Assembly (NCBI GenBank): GCA_937892905.1
Contig: CALBHS010000177.1
Location: 25,286 to 89,285 of the forward strand
Direction: 5' to 3'
DNA length: 64,000 nt
Source of the DNA: an uncultured Clostridia bacterium
GTDB taxonomy: Bacteria > Bacillota > Clostridia > Oscillospirales > Acutalibacteraceae
The translations under genes and the position numbers were made by a program. This document shows positions 1 to 9,153 of the stretch, in pieces (positions within the stretch are counted from its first letter, which is position 1; every line of letters begins with the position of its first letter). The notes below the pieces were generated by a model, which had not been told where the DNA came from, searched no databases, and saw only the letters and a list, made by a program, of their open reading frames with translations.

Positions 1-1640
1 CTTATTCGCGGACTGGTGGTCTTAACATTCTTTGCAAGCTCAACAGCGTCCTTGTCATCCGAAATTCCCTCGATGCTGTAAAGCTTATCCTTATTATCTC
101 CGGTACACATTTCCATCGCGTCAACCGTTCTGGAATGGACAATATAATTGTTCACTTCTCCGGTCAGGAGGAGAACTATGCCGGCGCCTGAAAATACGCT
201 GACCGTATTGCTGTCGGCAAAATAGAAAATGAGCATCAGCAAGCTCTGGAAAAAGCAAATAATTGATGAAATTGATATCATCGTATTAATATTGATCTTT
301 TTTCTTTTGAGCATTTCAACACTGCCGACAATAGTTTGGTTTGCAACAACAAGAGCACAGCAAAGCAATACAAAATTAGAAAAGATCGTAAGTATTCTGT
401 CGCCTGCAACCGTCGTTGAGGACGCGGAAAAAATACTAACCAAAATATCAAGTCCGAGTATAACTCCGAGTCCGACTATTTTGTTGAGAGATTTTTTCTT
501 TTGAGTGTTCAGGTATCTTATAACGCGTCGTGCGTCCTTAGTTTGCGAATACTCGACTCCGACAAAATTTTCCGATTCTTTTCTTCTCGGTCTTTCTTCG
601 TTGGACGCAAACAATTCGCCGATCTTACTGCTTTCGGAATCGGGTCCGTAAGGGTCGCCGTTTTCATCCTTTTCAAGCAGTGAAAATTTGCTGATTTTTT
701 CTCTTCGCTTTTCAAACAAAGCTTTTTCCGCTTCGCTTTCGTCGATCTGTTCCGGAATCAGATCATCGGTTTCCATTCCGGTGAACACCATCTGTCCGAC
801 CAGCTCCGCATCGCGAATTTTATTTTTAAAGTCACTGCTTTTATTCGGCTCGTCTGCCGTTTCTTTTCCCTCGGCGTAAGCTTCGTCCGAGGAACCCGTC
901 TGCACCTGATCCGTCTCTTCCGAAATATCCGTTTTAGGGATAGCTTTTGTCTTTTCCTCCAAAACCGGAAGGCTCTCCGCTTCAAATTCACTTTCGTATT
1001 CCGGTTCCTCAAGCTCTTCTTCAAAGCTCTCGTCCTCAGAATCCTCCTCTTCGTTTTTCGCTGATTTATTTTTAAAAATTGAAGTGAACTTTTCTCCGGT
1101 CGATTTAATTTTTTCGGCAAAGGATTTTAATCCCTTTTTTGCGGCGGCAGATTTTTTTTCACTTCTTTCAGGCGCAACATCATTCATTATTGAGGCGAGC
1201 TTTTCGTTTTTATCAACGCTCTCATGCGATTCGGCTATGTCAAAAACTTTGATATCCTCATCCTGCTCCGCTTCTGTTTCACCAGACAGATATTTTACGG
1301 CATTTTCCAGACTCTCGGCTTCAAACTCATCGTCCGATTCCTCGGTTAATGCAGGCTCATTTGTTTTTTCAACGAACTTGAACTTCGAACTTTTTTCGGG
1401 ATCTTCTTTGTCGGAGATATCTTTTTCCTCTTCCGAATCATTCACCGCATCGGTATCTGTTTTATCGGCATTTTCATCGGTTTCGCGGTCAAGCTCCTCA
1501 AGCTGTCTGCCCTTATCGGTCAGCTCAAGCAAACGGTCAATGTCCTCGTGCGACCAATTCCTCGCATTCGTTTCACCGCCGTTTTTCTTTTTTATTTCTT
1601 CAATCAGCTCCATGAGCTGTTCGTTGGTTAAATCTGACAA
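1..1640 (-). CDS. 5-prime part of a membrane protein gene that runs off the window start. It has a ~360-aa acidic low-complexity N-terminus followed by TM helices. Probable divergent P-type (P1B-like) cation ATPase.
   Basis: Hand translation of the minus strand gives an uninterrupted frame from 1640 to position 1. Candidate starts are TTG 1640 (AAAGGGG SD about 8 nt upstream), in-frame ATG 1613 and GTG 1650. It is absent from the ORF track because it has no stop inside the window. The distal part has hydrophobic helices and a VEMLKRKKININTMISISSIICFF segment resembling the NMDxLIxLG helix of heavy-metal ATPases. Plus-strand ORFs 229..504, 501..683, 688..879 and 1084..1662 are mirror-frame artefacts. 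Confidence 0.55.
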   Translation of the reverse strand, partial: MSDLTNEQLMELIEEIKKKNGGETNARNWSHEDIDRLLELTDKGRQLEELDRETDENADKTDTDAVNDSEEEKDISDKEDPEKSSKFKFVEKTNEPALTEESDDEFEAESLENAVKYLSGETEAEQDEDIKVFDIAESHESVDKNEKLASIMNDVAPERSEKKSAAAKKGLKSFAEKIKSTGEKFTSIFKNKSAKNEEEDSEDESFEEELEEPEYESEFEAESLPVLEEKTKAIPKTDISEETDQVQTGSSDEAYAEGKETADEPNKSSDFKNKIRDAELVGQMVFTGMETDDLIPEQIDESEAEKALFEKRREKISKFSLLEKDENGDPYGPDSESSKIGELFASNEERPRRKESENFVGVEYSQTKDARRVIRYLNTQKKKSLNKIVGLGVILGLDILVSIFSASSTTVAGDRILTIFSNFVLLCCALVVANQTIVGSVEMLKRKKININTMISISSIICFFQSLLMLIFYFADSNTVSVFSGAGIVLLLTGEVNNYIVHSRTVDAMEMCTGDNKDKLYSIEGISDDKDAVELAKNVKTTSPRI

Positions 1641-1645
1641 GGTTG

Positions 1646-2416
1646 TCACCCCTTTGCTTTGATTCCCGACCTCTGCCTTGCAACCTCATACATAAGCACG
1701 CCTGCAGCGACTGAGGCATTAAGTGAATTTATTTTACCCTTCATCGGCATTGAAACAATAAAATCACATTTTTCTTTCACAAGTCGGCTTATTCCTCTGC
1801 CCTCGGAGCCGATGACAAGACCAACTCCTCCGTCATAGTCCACTCCGCACCAGCTTTCGCCGTCCATATCGGCGCCGTAAAACCAGATTCCTTTTTCTTT
1901 AAGCTCCTCCATCGTCTGTGCAAGATTTGCAACCCTGACAACGGGAACATATTCTACCGCGCCTGCCGAAGCTTTACCGACAACATAGCTCAAGGAAGCA
2001 TTTCTTCTCTTCGGAATAATAACTCCGTGTACTCCGGTTGCCTCGGCGGTTCTGAGTATTGCACCGAGATTGTGCGGATCCTCAAGCTCATCACATATTA
2101 TAATAAAAGGTTTTTCGTCCCTCTCGCGGGCAAGAGCAAAAATATCATCCAAACTTGCATATTCATGCGAAGCGGCATAAGCGGCAACACCCTGATGAGT
2201 TGAAGAATTGCACATCATATCGAGCTTTTTTCTGTCAACCTCTTTGATCACAATTCCGAGATCGCGGCACTTCGCAAGTATTTGACCGATTGAACCGTTT
2301 CGCTCTCCCTTTGTCACAAGCAGAGTGTCAATTGCCCTGCCGCTTTTGAGAGCCTCGGAAACAGCATTTCTGCCTATTATAAGATCATCGCGTTCGGTTC
2401 GTTTTTCGTTCTCCAT
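1646..2416 (-). CDS. rlmB: 23S rRNA (guanosine-2'-O)-methyltransferase, SpoU/TrmH family (RlmB-like)
   Basis: 256-aa translation with an N-terminal substrate-binding region (GRNAVSEAL) and the SpoU methylase motifs (LEDPHNLGAILRTA, LVIGSEGRGIS, SLNASVAAGVLMYE). Confidence 0.85.
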   Translation of the reverse strand: MENEKRTERDDLIIGRNAVSEALKSGRAIDTLLVTKGERNGSIGQILAKCRDLGIVIKEVDRKKLDMMCNSSTHQGVAAYAASHEYASLDDIFALARERDEKPFIIICDELEDPHNLGAILRTAEATGVHGVIIPKRRNASLSYVVGKASAGAVEYVPVVRVANLAQTMEELKEKGIWFYGADMDGESWCGVDYDGGVGLVIGSEGRGISRLVKEKCDFIVSMPMKGKINSLNASVAAGVLMYEVARQRSGIKAKG

Positions 2417-2640
2417 AAAAATCCTCTATTCTGAAACTTTATAATCTTGTTTATTGTATCATACATCGGGGACAAAATACAAGACAAAACGGCTTTTATT
2501 TTCAAAGTTCCTCAAATGTTTCCTTAATGCTCCCGTTTCTTTCGACCTGTTTCTCTTTAGATGGGTTATAAAATGTTATGGAAGCCGTAAATCAGCGAAA
2601 ACTTGATTTATATAACAAATAAAACTGCGGGAGAAAAAAT

Positions 2641-4971
2641 ATGCTGAAAACAAGAGTAAAGAATTTTATTACCGTTAAAACCGATGAAAAACAGACAAAG
2701 CTTCAATTTAAACCTGTCATGAAAACAGTGCTATCATTCATCTTCGGATTTCTTCTGATGAATCCGTTTGTAACCGGAACAATTTCTCCGTTTTCAATCT
2801 CTCTGGCCGCTTCGCTCTCCGGTATGCAGTGTGCCGCCGCGGCAATCGGAACCGTCATCGGCTCGTTCGTTTTCTTTGACGCAACAGATACGGTAAAGTA
2901 TCTTGCCGTTGCCGTTTTCTGCTGTATAATCAACGAGCTTTGTTCTCGGTATTTCGGTTCGGATTTTATAAAGTTTACGCCGTACATTAATTCGTTTTTC
3001 AGTATGTTTGTTATAAGCGGCGCGATCATGTTTGCCACGGGATTTGAGATAGAAACATTTGTAACAATTGTCTACGAATCCATGCTGTGCGGTGTCGGAA
3101 CATACATATTCGTTCAGGGCAATTCGCTTGCGTTCGGTGAAAAAAACTTTGCGCGTTTCACAACAAAGGAGTTTATGATAACTCTTTTGACCGCAGGAAT
3201 TCTGCTGATGCCGTTTTACAAGTACACGGTTTTGCATTTTTCCTTTGTCGGAGTAATCTTTTCCTTTATTATTCTCCTCCTCGGCAGACTCAAGAGCGGA
3301 AACGGCGGAACTCTTGCTGGAGTCTGCGTCGGCATATGCGTCGGACTCAGCGGACAGGTATCGTTCCTTTCGGCAGGTTATGCGCTTTCCGGACTTCTGT
3401 GCGGCGAGCTTTCGAGAAAAAACAAGTACCTCTCCGTAGTCGGCTTTGTCGGCTGCATCGGTGTATGCGCGCTGATTGACTCTTCCCTCAAGGCATACCT
3501 TGCCGTTGCCGAATCAATAGTCGCCGCGGCAATATTTCTTCTTTTGCCCGACAGCATTTTTTCTTTCCTGAGTGAAAAAGTTAATTTGCCCACACCCGTG
3601 TATATCAAAAGCGACAACAGCCGCGTCCTGTCGCGCAGATTAAGCGAAGCGTCACGGGCAATAAACGAGCTTTCCGACTGCGTGGACACAGTTCAGCGCA
3701 CTCTTGCACCTCAGCATGAAAAAGAGCTGCGGCTTGCGGTTCGCTCGGCGTGGAACAAGGTTTGCGACAACTGCGATCTAAGAAACAGCTGCCGCGAGGA
3801 AATTCGATGTCCGAGCGATGAAACAATAGATAAAATTTCAAGAGCCTTAGCAGATCATGCGACTCTCGGTGAAATGCACTTTCCCAAGAATTTCGCCGAA
3901 TCCTGCTACTGCTTTGATGAAATGAAAGAAAAAATCACGATGAGATATATGTGCTACGTTGCTTCTCTCGGCGCACAGGGCAGGGTTGATCAAATGCAGG
4001 GACTTATGTCAGATCAATTCAAAAGCATGGCGGATATTCTCCGCGATATAGCCTGCGAGTTTGACGAGGATCTGAACTTAAATCCGGAGATTTCCGATGT
4101 TTGCAGTGAGGAAGCAAAAGAGTCCGGGCTTAATGTGCTTGAAAGTGAAAGTTTTCTTGACAAATTCGGCAGAATGAGCGTCAACCTCAAGGTTTCAATG
4201 CCAAGGGACAGCTTCAATGTGACCCAATTCACGGAATCGCTTTCAATGGCAACAGGAACATCCCTTGATCTTCCCGATATAGACTCCTGCGGCGATGAAT
4301 GTGTAATGAAATTTAAGCAGGAAATAACCTACGATGTTGAGGTCGGAGCCTTCAGCCGCTCTGCCGACGATATAAAGGTTTGCGGCGATTACTATCGGAG
4401 CTTTCGCGACGAAAACGGGAGGCATATAACGGTTCTGAGCGACGGCATGGGTACCGGCAGCCGCGCCGCGGTTGATTCGGCGATGGCGGCGGAACTTTTT
4501 TCAAAGCTTGTAAAATCCGGCCTGAGCTTTGACTGCGCTCTTCCGATTGCGAATTCGGCTCTGCTTGTTAAAAGCTCGGACGAATCTCTTGCAACGCTTG
4601 ATGTTGTCTGTGTGGATCTATATACAGGACGAACCGATTTCCTGAAAGCGGGAGCCGCAGCAACCTTTATCCGTCACAGGGACAATGTTGCCTCTCTTGA
4701 ACAGGCTTCGCTCCCGATCGGCATATTGCGTGAAATTGAATTTTCCAAAGCAACCGCAAAGCCCGAAAACGGTGACATTATACTCATGATATCGGACGGA
4801 GTTCTCGGCGACTGCAACGGATGGATCCAGCAGGAATTGAAGCTGTGGGACACAGCCCAAAGCCCACGCAAATTAGCGGAGTTTATTGTTAATTCCGCCT
4901 GCGAACGCAAGCTCGGCAAACAGCGCGATGATATGACGGCGGTTGCAATATATATAAAAGAAAAAGCATGA
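2641..4971 (+). CDS. spoIIE: Stage II sporulation protein E (membrane-bound PP2C phosphatase)
   Basis: 776 aa. The N-terminal ~330 aa form a polytopic membrane domain and the C-terminus is a PP2C domain (GDYY, VLSDGMGTGSRAA, DDMT). The architecture is diagnostic of SpoIIE. Confidence 0.9.
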   Translation: MLKTRVKNFITVKTDEKQTKLQFKPVMKTVLSFIFGFLLMNPFVTGTISPFSISLAASLSGMQCAAAAIGTVIGSFVFFDATDTVKYLAVAVFCCIINELCSRYFGSDFIKFTPYINSFFSMFVISGAIMFATGFEIETFVTIVYESMLCGVGTYIFVQGNSLAFGEKNFARFTTKEFMITLLTAGILLMPFYKYTVLHFSFVGVIFSFIILLLGRLKSGNGGTLAGVCVGICVGLSGQVSFLSAGYALSGLLCGELSRKNKYLSVVGFVGCIGVCALIDSSLKAYLAVAESIVAAAIFLLLPDSIFSFLSEKVNLPTPVYIKSDNSRVLSRRLSEASRAINELSDCVDTVQRTLAPQHEKELRLAVRSAWNKVCDNCDLRNSCREEIRCPSDETIDKISRALADHATLGEMHFPKNFAESCYCFDEMKEKITMRYMCYVASLGAQGRVDQMQGLMSDQFKSMADILRDIACEFDEDLNLNPEISDVCSEEAKESGLNVLESESFLDKFGRMSVNLKVSMPRDSFNVTQFTESLSMATGTSLDLPDIDSCGDECVMKFKQEITYDVEVGAFSRSADDIKVCGDYYRSFRDENGRHITVLSDGMGTGSRAAVDSAMAAELFSKLVKSGLSFDCALPIANSALLVKSSDESLATLDVVCVDLYTGRTDFLKAGAAATFIRHRDNVASLEQASLPIGILREIEFSKATAKPENGDIILMISDGVLGDCNGWIQQELKLWDTAQSPRKLAEFIVNSACERKLGKQRDDMTAVAIYIKEKA

Positions 4972-4976
4972 AAAAT

Positions 4977-5005
4977 CGGGACTGCGCCAAACAGTCCCGT
5001 TTTTC
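4977..5005. terminator. Bidirectional intrinsic terminator between convergent spoIIE and the hydrolase gene
   Basis: 8-bp stem CGGGACTG/CAGTCCCG (4977-4984, 4992-4999), flanked by an A-run on one side and a T-run on the other. Confidence 0.6.
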
Positions 5006-5009
5006 TGAT

Positions 5010-6833
5010 TTATGCAGCCTTTGCCTCTCCGAAGCCTCTCGGTCCGAAGAAATAATAGAGCAGCTCGCTCGCTGTTTTGCATACGAAAAGAAGTGCGTCA
5101 TCTTTAGCCGTGTTTTTCTTTTCATAAACACCGATTTCTGCAAGAGCATCGTAAAGCTCTGCTTCCGCCGCTTCTTCTTTGCCCTCAATAACAATGGTTG
5201 TTGCAAGGATCGCCTTTGCATCGGCAAGAGCCTTTGAAAGTCTTTCCGAATCCTCCGGACTGAGGGTTGAAAGATCTACCTTTTCCGCCTCGGCAATATA
5301 TTTCTTAAGATCGCGGGTGTTTCTGTGTCCGTTAAACTGAGGATATTCGACCGTTGTAAAAACATCCATTTCCTTTACAATCAGAAGCTTCATTGCAAGT
5401 GAGATTACAACATCGTTTCTTGCAAGCTTTTCATGATCCTGATTTCCGAAGAACCACGTAGTGTATGGGAATGCACAAGTCGATGCGTCAACCTGTCCGT
5501 CAGGTGAAATAAAGTTTGTATCCTTATACGCCTTCTGAGTATATCCCTTCGGGAGCTTCTCGTTTACCTTTGAAAAAGTCGCGCCGAGAGATGTTGATGC
5601 CGAATGAATGATCTTATCGGAATTTGAGTCGGAATCAATAAGGCTGTAAAGCTCCAGACCATATCCGCAGATATCGTAAATTTTCACACCGTTGGCGGCG
5701 TAGTTCTTAAGGTTCTTTTTATAATTTATTTGAGCGTTATGGAATCTTTCAACGTCTTCGGCAAATTTTGTACCCTTGACAAGATACTTCTCGGCAAGCT
5801 CATCGTACATTGATGACGGGACAAGTCCCCACATCGTTGTAACCCTTGCAAGTGCCGAATCGGCAAGTCCCGATGCAACGCCGTCAAGCAATCCGATAAC
5901 AACCTTTTTGGGCAGAACCCTTATTCCGATATTTATAAGCCAGCCTGTATAATTATCCTCACCGACAAGCTTTGTGAACATATTTCTGTAAAGACCCGCG
6001 TCACTGTAATCAAGCTGACCGAGCATGATTTTTCCGACGATTTCCGAACCGTCCGCAGCCGGGACCACCAGAACAATTTTATTGATGTCCTCTCCCTGCG
6101 GATGCTCGCCGACATATGCAACGGAAACCGCACCGCCAAGGCTGATCGGCAAAAGATTTACCTTGTCTTTTCCGGTATCCTTTTTTGCTTTTTCGATCAG
6201 CTCCTCAAGCTCATCAACAATTTCATACATATCGCCGAAGGAATTATAAGCAAAGTAATAGAGATTTTCTTCACCGACAACATCGGTATATCCCTTGATC
6301 GGGACATGATCGTAGATCGTTTCTTTTTCTTCCTCCGTACATTCCGCAACGGATCTGTTACCGTAGTTTTCAACTCTGAAATCATTTTTGGGCGATCCGT
6401 CCTCGTTGTACGCTATGTACTCCATCGCATCATAAACCGCATTGTATGCCATCTTTGAAAGACCGCAATCCTTCTGGGTTATGAGAGAAAGCATGATCGG
6501 AACAATAAGCTTAACAACAAGCTCAGGAATATAAAAATACAAGGGCCAGCCGGTAATTTTTTTACCGTCAGGATCAACGGCGTCATTGCCGTCCTCATCA
6601 AGCATAAAGGTTTTTGCCTGACCTATACCGTGAATAAGAATTGTCGGGTAAACCTCATCCGCCTCAAGCTCGTCAACGTGCTTATTGTTAAGAAGCACAT
6701 CGGTTGCCGCTTCAACACTGTCCGTTTTGGTAAAAAGACTTCCGTCGGCGGCGATTACAGCTACCGTACAGGATGAAACCGAAATAATTATTGTAAGAAT
6801 TATGGAAATAATTTTCTTCTCTAATCTGTGCAT
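5010..6833 (-). CDS. Exported alpha/beta-hydrolase, lipase/esterase-like
   Basis: 607 aa with an N-terminal signal/anchor, a PTILIHGIG oxyanion-type motif and a nucleophile-elbow-like ISLGG. The family assignment is not verified. Confidence 0.5.
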   Translation of the reverse strand: MHRLEKKIISIILTIIISVSSCTVAVIAADGSLFTKTDSVEAATDVLLNNKHVDELEADEVYPTILIHGIGQAKTFMLDEDGNDAVDPDGKKITGWPLYFYIPELVVKLIVPIMLSLITQKDCGLSKMAYNAVYDAMEYIAYNEDGSPKNDFRVENYGNRSVAECTEEEKETIYDHVPIKGYTDVVGEENLYYFAYNSFGDMYEIVDELEELIEKAKKDTGKDKVNLLPISLGGAVSVAYVGEHPQGEDINKIVLVVPAADGSEIVGKIMLGQLDYSDAGLYRNMFTKLVGEDNYTGWLINIGIRVLPKKVVIGLLDGVASGLADSALARVTTMWGLVPSSMYDELAEKYLVKGTKFAEDVERFHNAQINYKKNLKNYAANGVKIYDICGYGLELYSLIDSDSNSDKIIHSASTSLGATFSKVNEKLPKGYTQKAYKDTNFISPDGQVDASTCAFPYTTWFFGNQDHEKLARNDVVISLAMKLLIVKEMDVFTTVEYPQFNGHRNTRDLKKYIAEAEKVDLSTLSPEDSERLSKALADAKAILATTIVIEGKEEAAEAELYDALAEIGVYEKKNTAKDDALLFVCKTASELLYYFFGPRGFGEAKAA

Positions 6834-6836
6834 AAT

Positions 6837-7565
6837 TTACCTCACTGTTAATTTTATTAAAGCCATGTCTTTTTCGGCTGTAATTATAAATCCGCATTCC
6901 GCCGAATCTCCGGCAGCAATTTCTTCTCCGCCGAGGGTAACGCTTCTTCCCTCTACGAATGAATTGCAATCCCAGCTTTTTGTCAGTGAAACAACCTCTT
7001 TGTCAAAAATCACTGCCGCTTTCCATGAATCGGAATTGCTGTCGGAATCGTTGCGTATTGTCAGATTGATCTGGTACGAATGCGTTCCGTCATTATTGTC
7101 CCACTCGTTGACGATCTGAGCCGTTGATGTAAAGCTTCCCTCGGTAACCGTCTGCTTTCTCTTAAATGAGCTGTTAAGCAGGTTCTCTTTTTCTTCGTCA
7201 TAAGGGATCATCGAAATATCCCCGACAGAGTATCTGAGAATCAGCAGGGCGTCAAGAGAAGTAACCTCGCCGTCAAGATTTACATCCGCATTTTTAATTT
7301 GATTTTCAAAAAGCTCCTCGGAACCGATCAGGTACTTCACTATCTGAACCGCATCGGAGGAATTGATTTTTCCGTCGCCGTTTATATCTCCCACGGCGCA
7401 ATTGGCATAGGAGTTATTTGTAACCCTTGTTGTGAAATGAATAATCACTGCAAGCGCAGCAAACAAAACGGCAAGCGACAAAAGTATTACGATTATCTTT
7501 TTTGTGTTAAGCTTTTTCTTTGCGCGTTTCTTTATTACTTTTGTATTTACAGTATCCATAAACAT
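6837..7565 (-). CDS. Membrane-anchored dockerin-containing protein with a C-terminal CBM2-like beta-sandwich
   Basis: 242 aa: an N-terminal Lys-rich segment plus one TM; two dockerin Ca-binding repeats (GDINGDGKINSSDAVQIVKY, DVNLDGEVTSLDALLILRY); and a C-terminal W...N...W...G pattern typical of CBM2. It lies 3 nt upstream of the hydrolase gene. Confidence 0.65.
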   Translation of the reverse strand: MFMDTVNTKVIKKRAKKKLNTKKIIVILLSLAVLFAALAVIIHFTTRVTNNSYANCAVGDINGDGKINSSDAVQIVKYLIGSEELFENQIKNADVNLDGEVTSLDALLILRYSVGDISMIPYDEEKENLLNSSFKRKQTVTEGSFTSTAQIVNEWDNNDGTHSYQINLTIRNDSDSNSDSWKAAVIFDKEVVSLTKSWDCNSFVEGRSVTLGGEEIAAGDSAECGFIITAEKDMALIKLTVR

Positions 7566-7660
7566 CCTCTTTTAATATTTTTTTACATTATAACAAACAT
7601 AAAATATTTTTTCAATCCAATATAAAATGTTTTTTGTAAATAAAAGAGAATGTATAAAGC

Positions 7661-8389
7661 TTATGCCTTATAACCGAACCAGCCCCATGCGTGCCAGAAC
7701 TGAATCGAACCTGCCATAATTGCGGACACAACAACCGTCATAATAAGCAAAATGATGAACACGGTCAGCGCAGCCAATGTCATGTTGCGAACACGGCGGT
7801 TGCACTTCGGTGTGATCTGCGGATTTATCGGCAAGCTCGGCAGTACCGGCTGTCCGTTCGCCGAAGCAAGAGTATTGTGGTGAAAACGCGAATATGAACG
7901 GAACACCTGACACATAAAGGCAGTGTAATAAACTAAAAGTCCGACAAAAACCACAGCAAGCGATACAAGCGTTCCCGCAAATAAAATTGACGGAACAAGC
8001 GGCATCTCCGTAACAGGCTCGATTCCTGCGATGAGTCCGATTGCCGCAAGAAGAAATGCAAGAATCGAAGCGGCAATTACAATTTCAAAGGCTATCAGAC
8101 AAATAAAAAATATTCCGACAAAAAGATCCGCCCAGCAAAGGCCGAAAACGGTAAGAAACTTTTTTCCGCCGGAGCTTTTTTCTTTTTTGCCTGTTGTCGA
8201 ACCGACAACGAACTGCGCCGCAAGGTCCCTGGGCTTGCCGAGCTTTGCCGCAATTTCCTCTTCGCTGTATCCATCGGCAAGCTTAAAATCAAAATGCTCT
8301 CTGTATTCCTCAATGATATCCTCGGCGTCGGCAATTTTATATTTGTTGAGTGCCTCCGTAAATTCGGAAAGAAATTCATTCTTTGTCAT
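7661..8389 (-). CDS. DUF1700-type membrane protein, partner of the PadR regulator
   Basis: The N-terminal MTKNEFLSEFTEAL...EEYREHF helical domain followed by TM helices is the usual DUF1700 layout. There is a 4-nt overlap with the upstream padR-like gene. Confidence 0.6.
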   Translation of the reverse strand: MTKNEFLSEFTEALNKYKIADAEDIIEEYREHFDFKLADGYSEEEIAAKLGKPRDLAAQFVVGSTTGKKEKSSGGKKFLTVFGLCWADLFVGIFFICLIAFEIVIAASILAFLLAAIGLIAGIEPVTEMPLVPSILFAGTLVSLAVVFVGLLVYYTAFMCQVFRSYSRFHHNTLASANGQPVLPSLPINPQITPKCNRRVRNMTLAALTVFIILLIMTVVVSAIMAGSIQFWHAWGWFGYKA

Positions 8390-8703
8390 AACTCATCGTC
8401 CTCCAATAATTTTTCAACAGATTTTGCAAATTTAAGATATTCCGTCTTGTCCGCCGCATACTCTTCCTTGCCAAGCTCGGTAAGCGAATAATACTTTCTC
8501 GGCGGTCCGCCGCTTTCCTCCTGCAAATATGTGGTCAGCATTCCGTCTGCTTTCAGCTTTCGCAGAATCGGGTAAACCGTACCCTCCGAAATATCAATGT
8601 GCCGCGAAAGATAATCGGAAATCTCGTATCCGTAGCAGTCTTTTTTCTTAAGAAGCGACAGAACACAAAGTTCAACTACGCCTTTTTTATATTGTATGTT
8701 CAT
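8386..8703 (-). CDS. PadR family transcriptional regulator
   Basis: 105 aa with a winged helix (LSLLKKKDCYGYEI...GTVYPILRKLKADGMLT). Confidence 0.85.
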   Translation of the reverse strand: MNIQYKKGVVELCVLSLLKKKDCYGYEISDYLSRHIDISEGTVYPILRKLKADGMLTTYLQEESGGPPRKYYSLTELGKEEYAADKTEYLKFAKSVEKLLEDDEL

Positions 8704-8718
8704 TTAAACAACCCTCTC

Positions 8719-8892
8719 TCATTCAGCCTGCAAGACAGCCGCAAGCACGATTACAAGCACAACGGCAACAATCAGCAAAAGCAGTGCCGTTACGGCAACG
8801 GCGGCAATTTTGTTAATACTTCTTCCAAACAGCACAAACTGCGGGGTGTTTGCCTTTTGGCGGCGGTCTTTCTTCATAGAATTTTTATCCAT
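8719..8892 (-). CDS. Small single-pass membrane protein (57 aa), possible first gene of the padR operon
   Basis: Hand-found ORF MDKNSMKKDRRQKANTPQFVLFGRSINKIAAVAVTALLLLIVAVVLVIVLAAVLQAE. GAGG lies a few nt upstream of the ATG and the ORF ends 16 nt before padR. It is below the ORF-track length cutoff. Confidence 0.35.
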   Translation of the reverse strand: MDKNSMKKDRRQKANTPQFVLFGRSINKIAAVAVTALLLLIVAVVLVIVLAAVLQAE

Positions 8893-9015
8893 AGAACCTC
8901 GATCCTTTCCAATTGAATATCTTACACTACTATATTATATACAGTAGTTTTTAAAAGTCAATAGTTTTTTGAAAAATTTTTAAAAATACCGCTTAAAAAA
9001 TGTAATTGATAAAAC

Positions 9016-9044
9016 TTGACTACCGAACAATAATATATTAGAAT
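9016..9044 (+). promoter_or_regulatory. Sigma-A type promoter for typA
   Basis: TTGACT (9016-9021), a 17-nt spacer, then TAGAAT (9039-9044). Confidence 0.45.
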
Positions 9045-9153
9045 ATAATAATCAAAATATATTAAGCTGAGTGGCTCGAATTTTTGCAAAATCGGCACAT
9101 CCAATGCGGGATTTTGCAAGAACTCGAACCACGGGATTATGAAAGGTGATACT

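Noticed and set aside
229-1662. Plus-strand ORFs 229..504, 501..683, 688..879 and 1084..1662 (Ser-rich), and minus-strand ORF 758..1120 (Lys/Arg-rich).
   Set aside because: All lie inside one long uninterrupted minus-strand frame (1640 to 1) that encodes a coherent acidic region plus TM helices. Their low-complexity compositions are what mirror or shifted frames of GAA/GAT-rich DNA would produce.
2541-2547. TTCGACC, a 6-of-7 match to a Spo0A box (TTCGACA), upstream of spoIIE.
   Set aside because: A single degenerate heptamer is expected by chance in 220 bp. Without clustering or conservation data it cannot be called a regulatory site.
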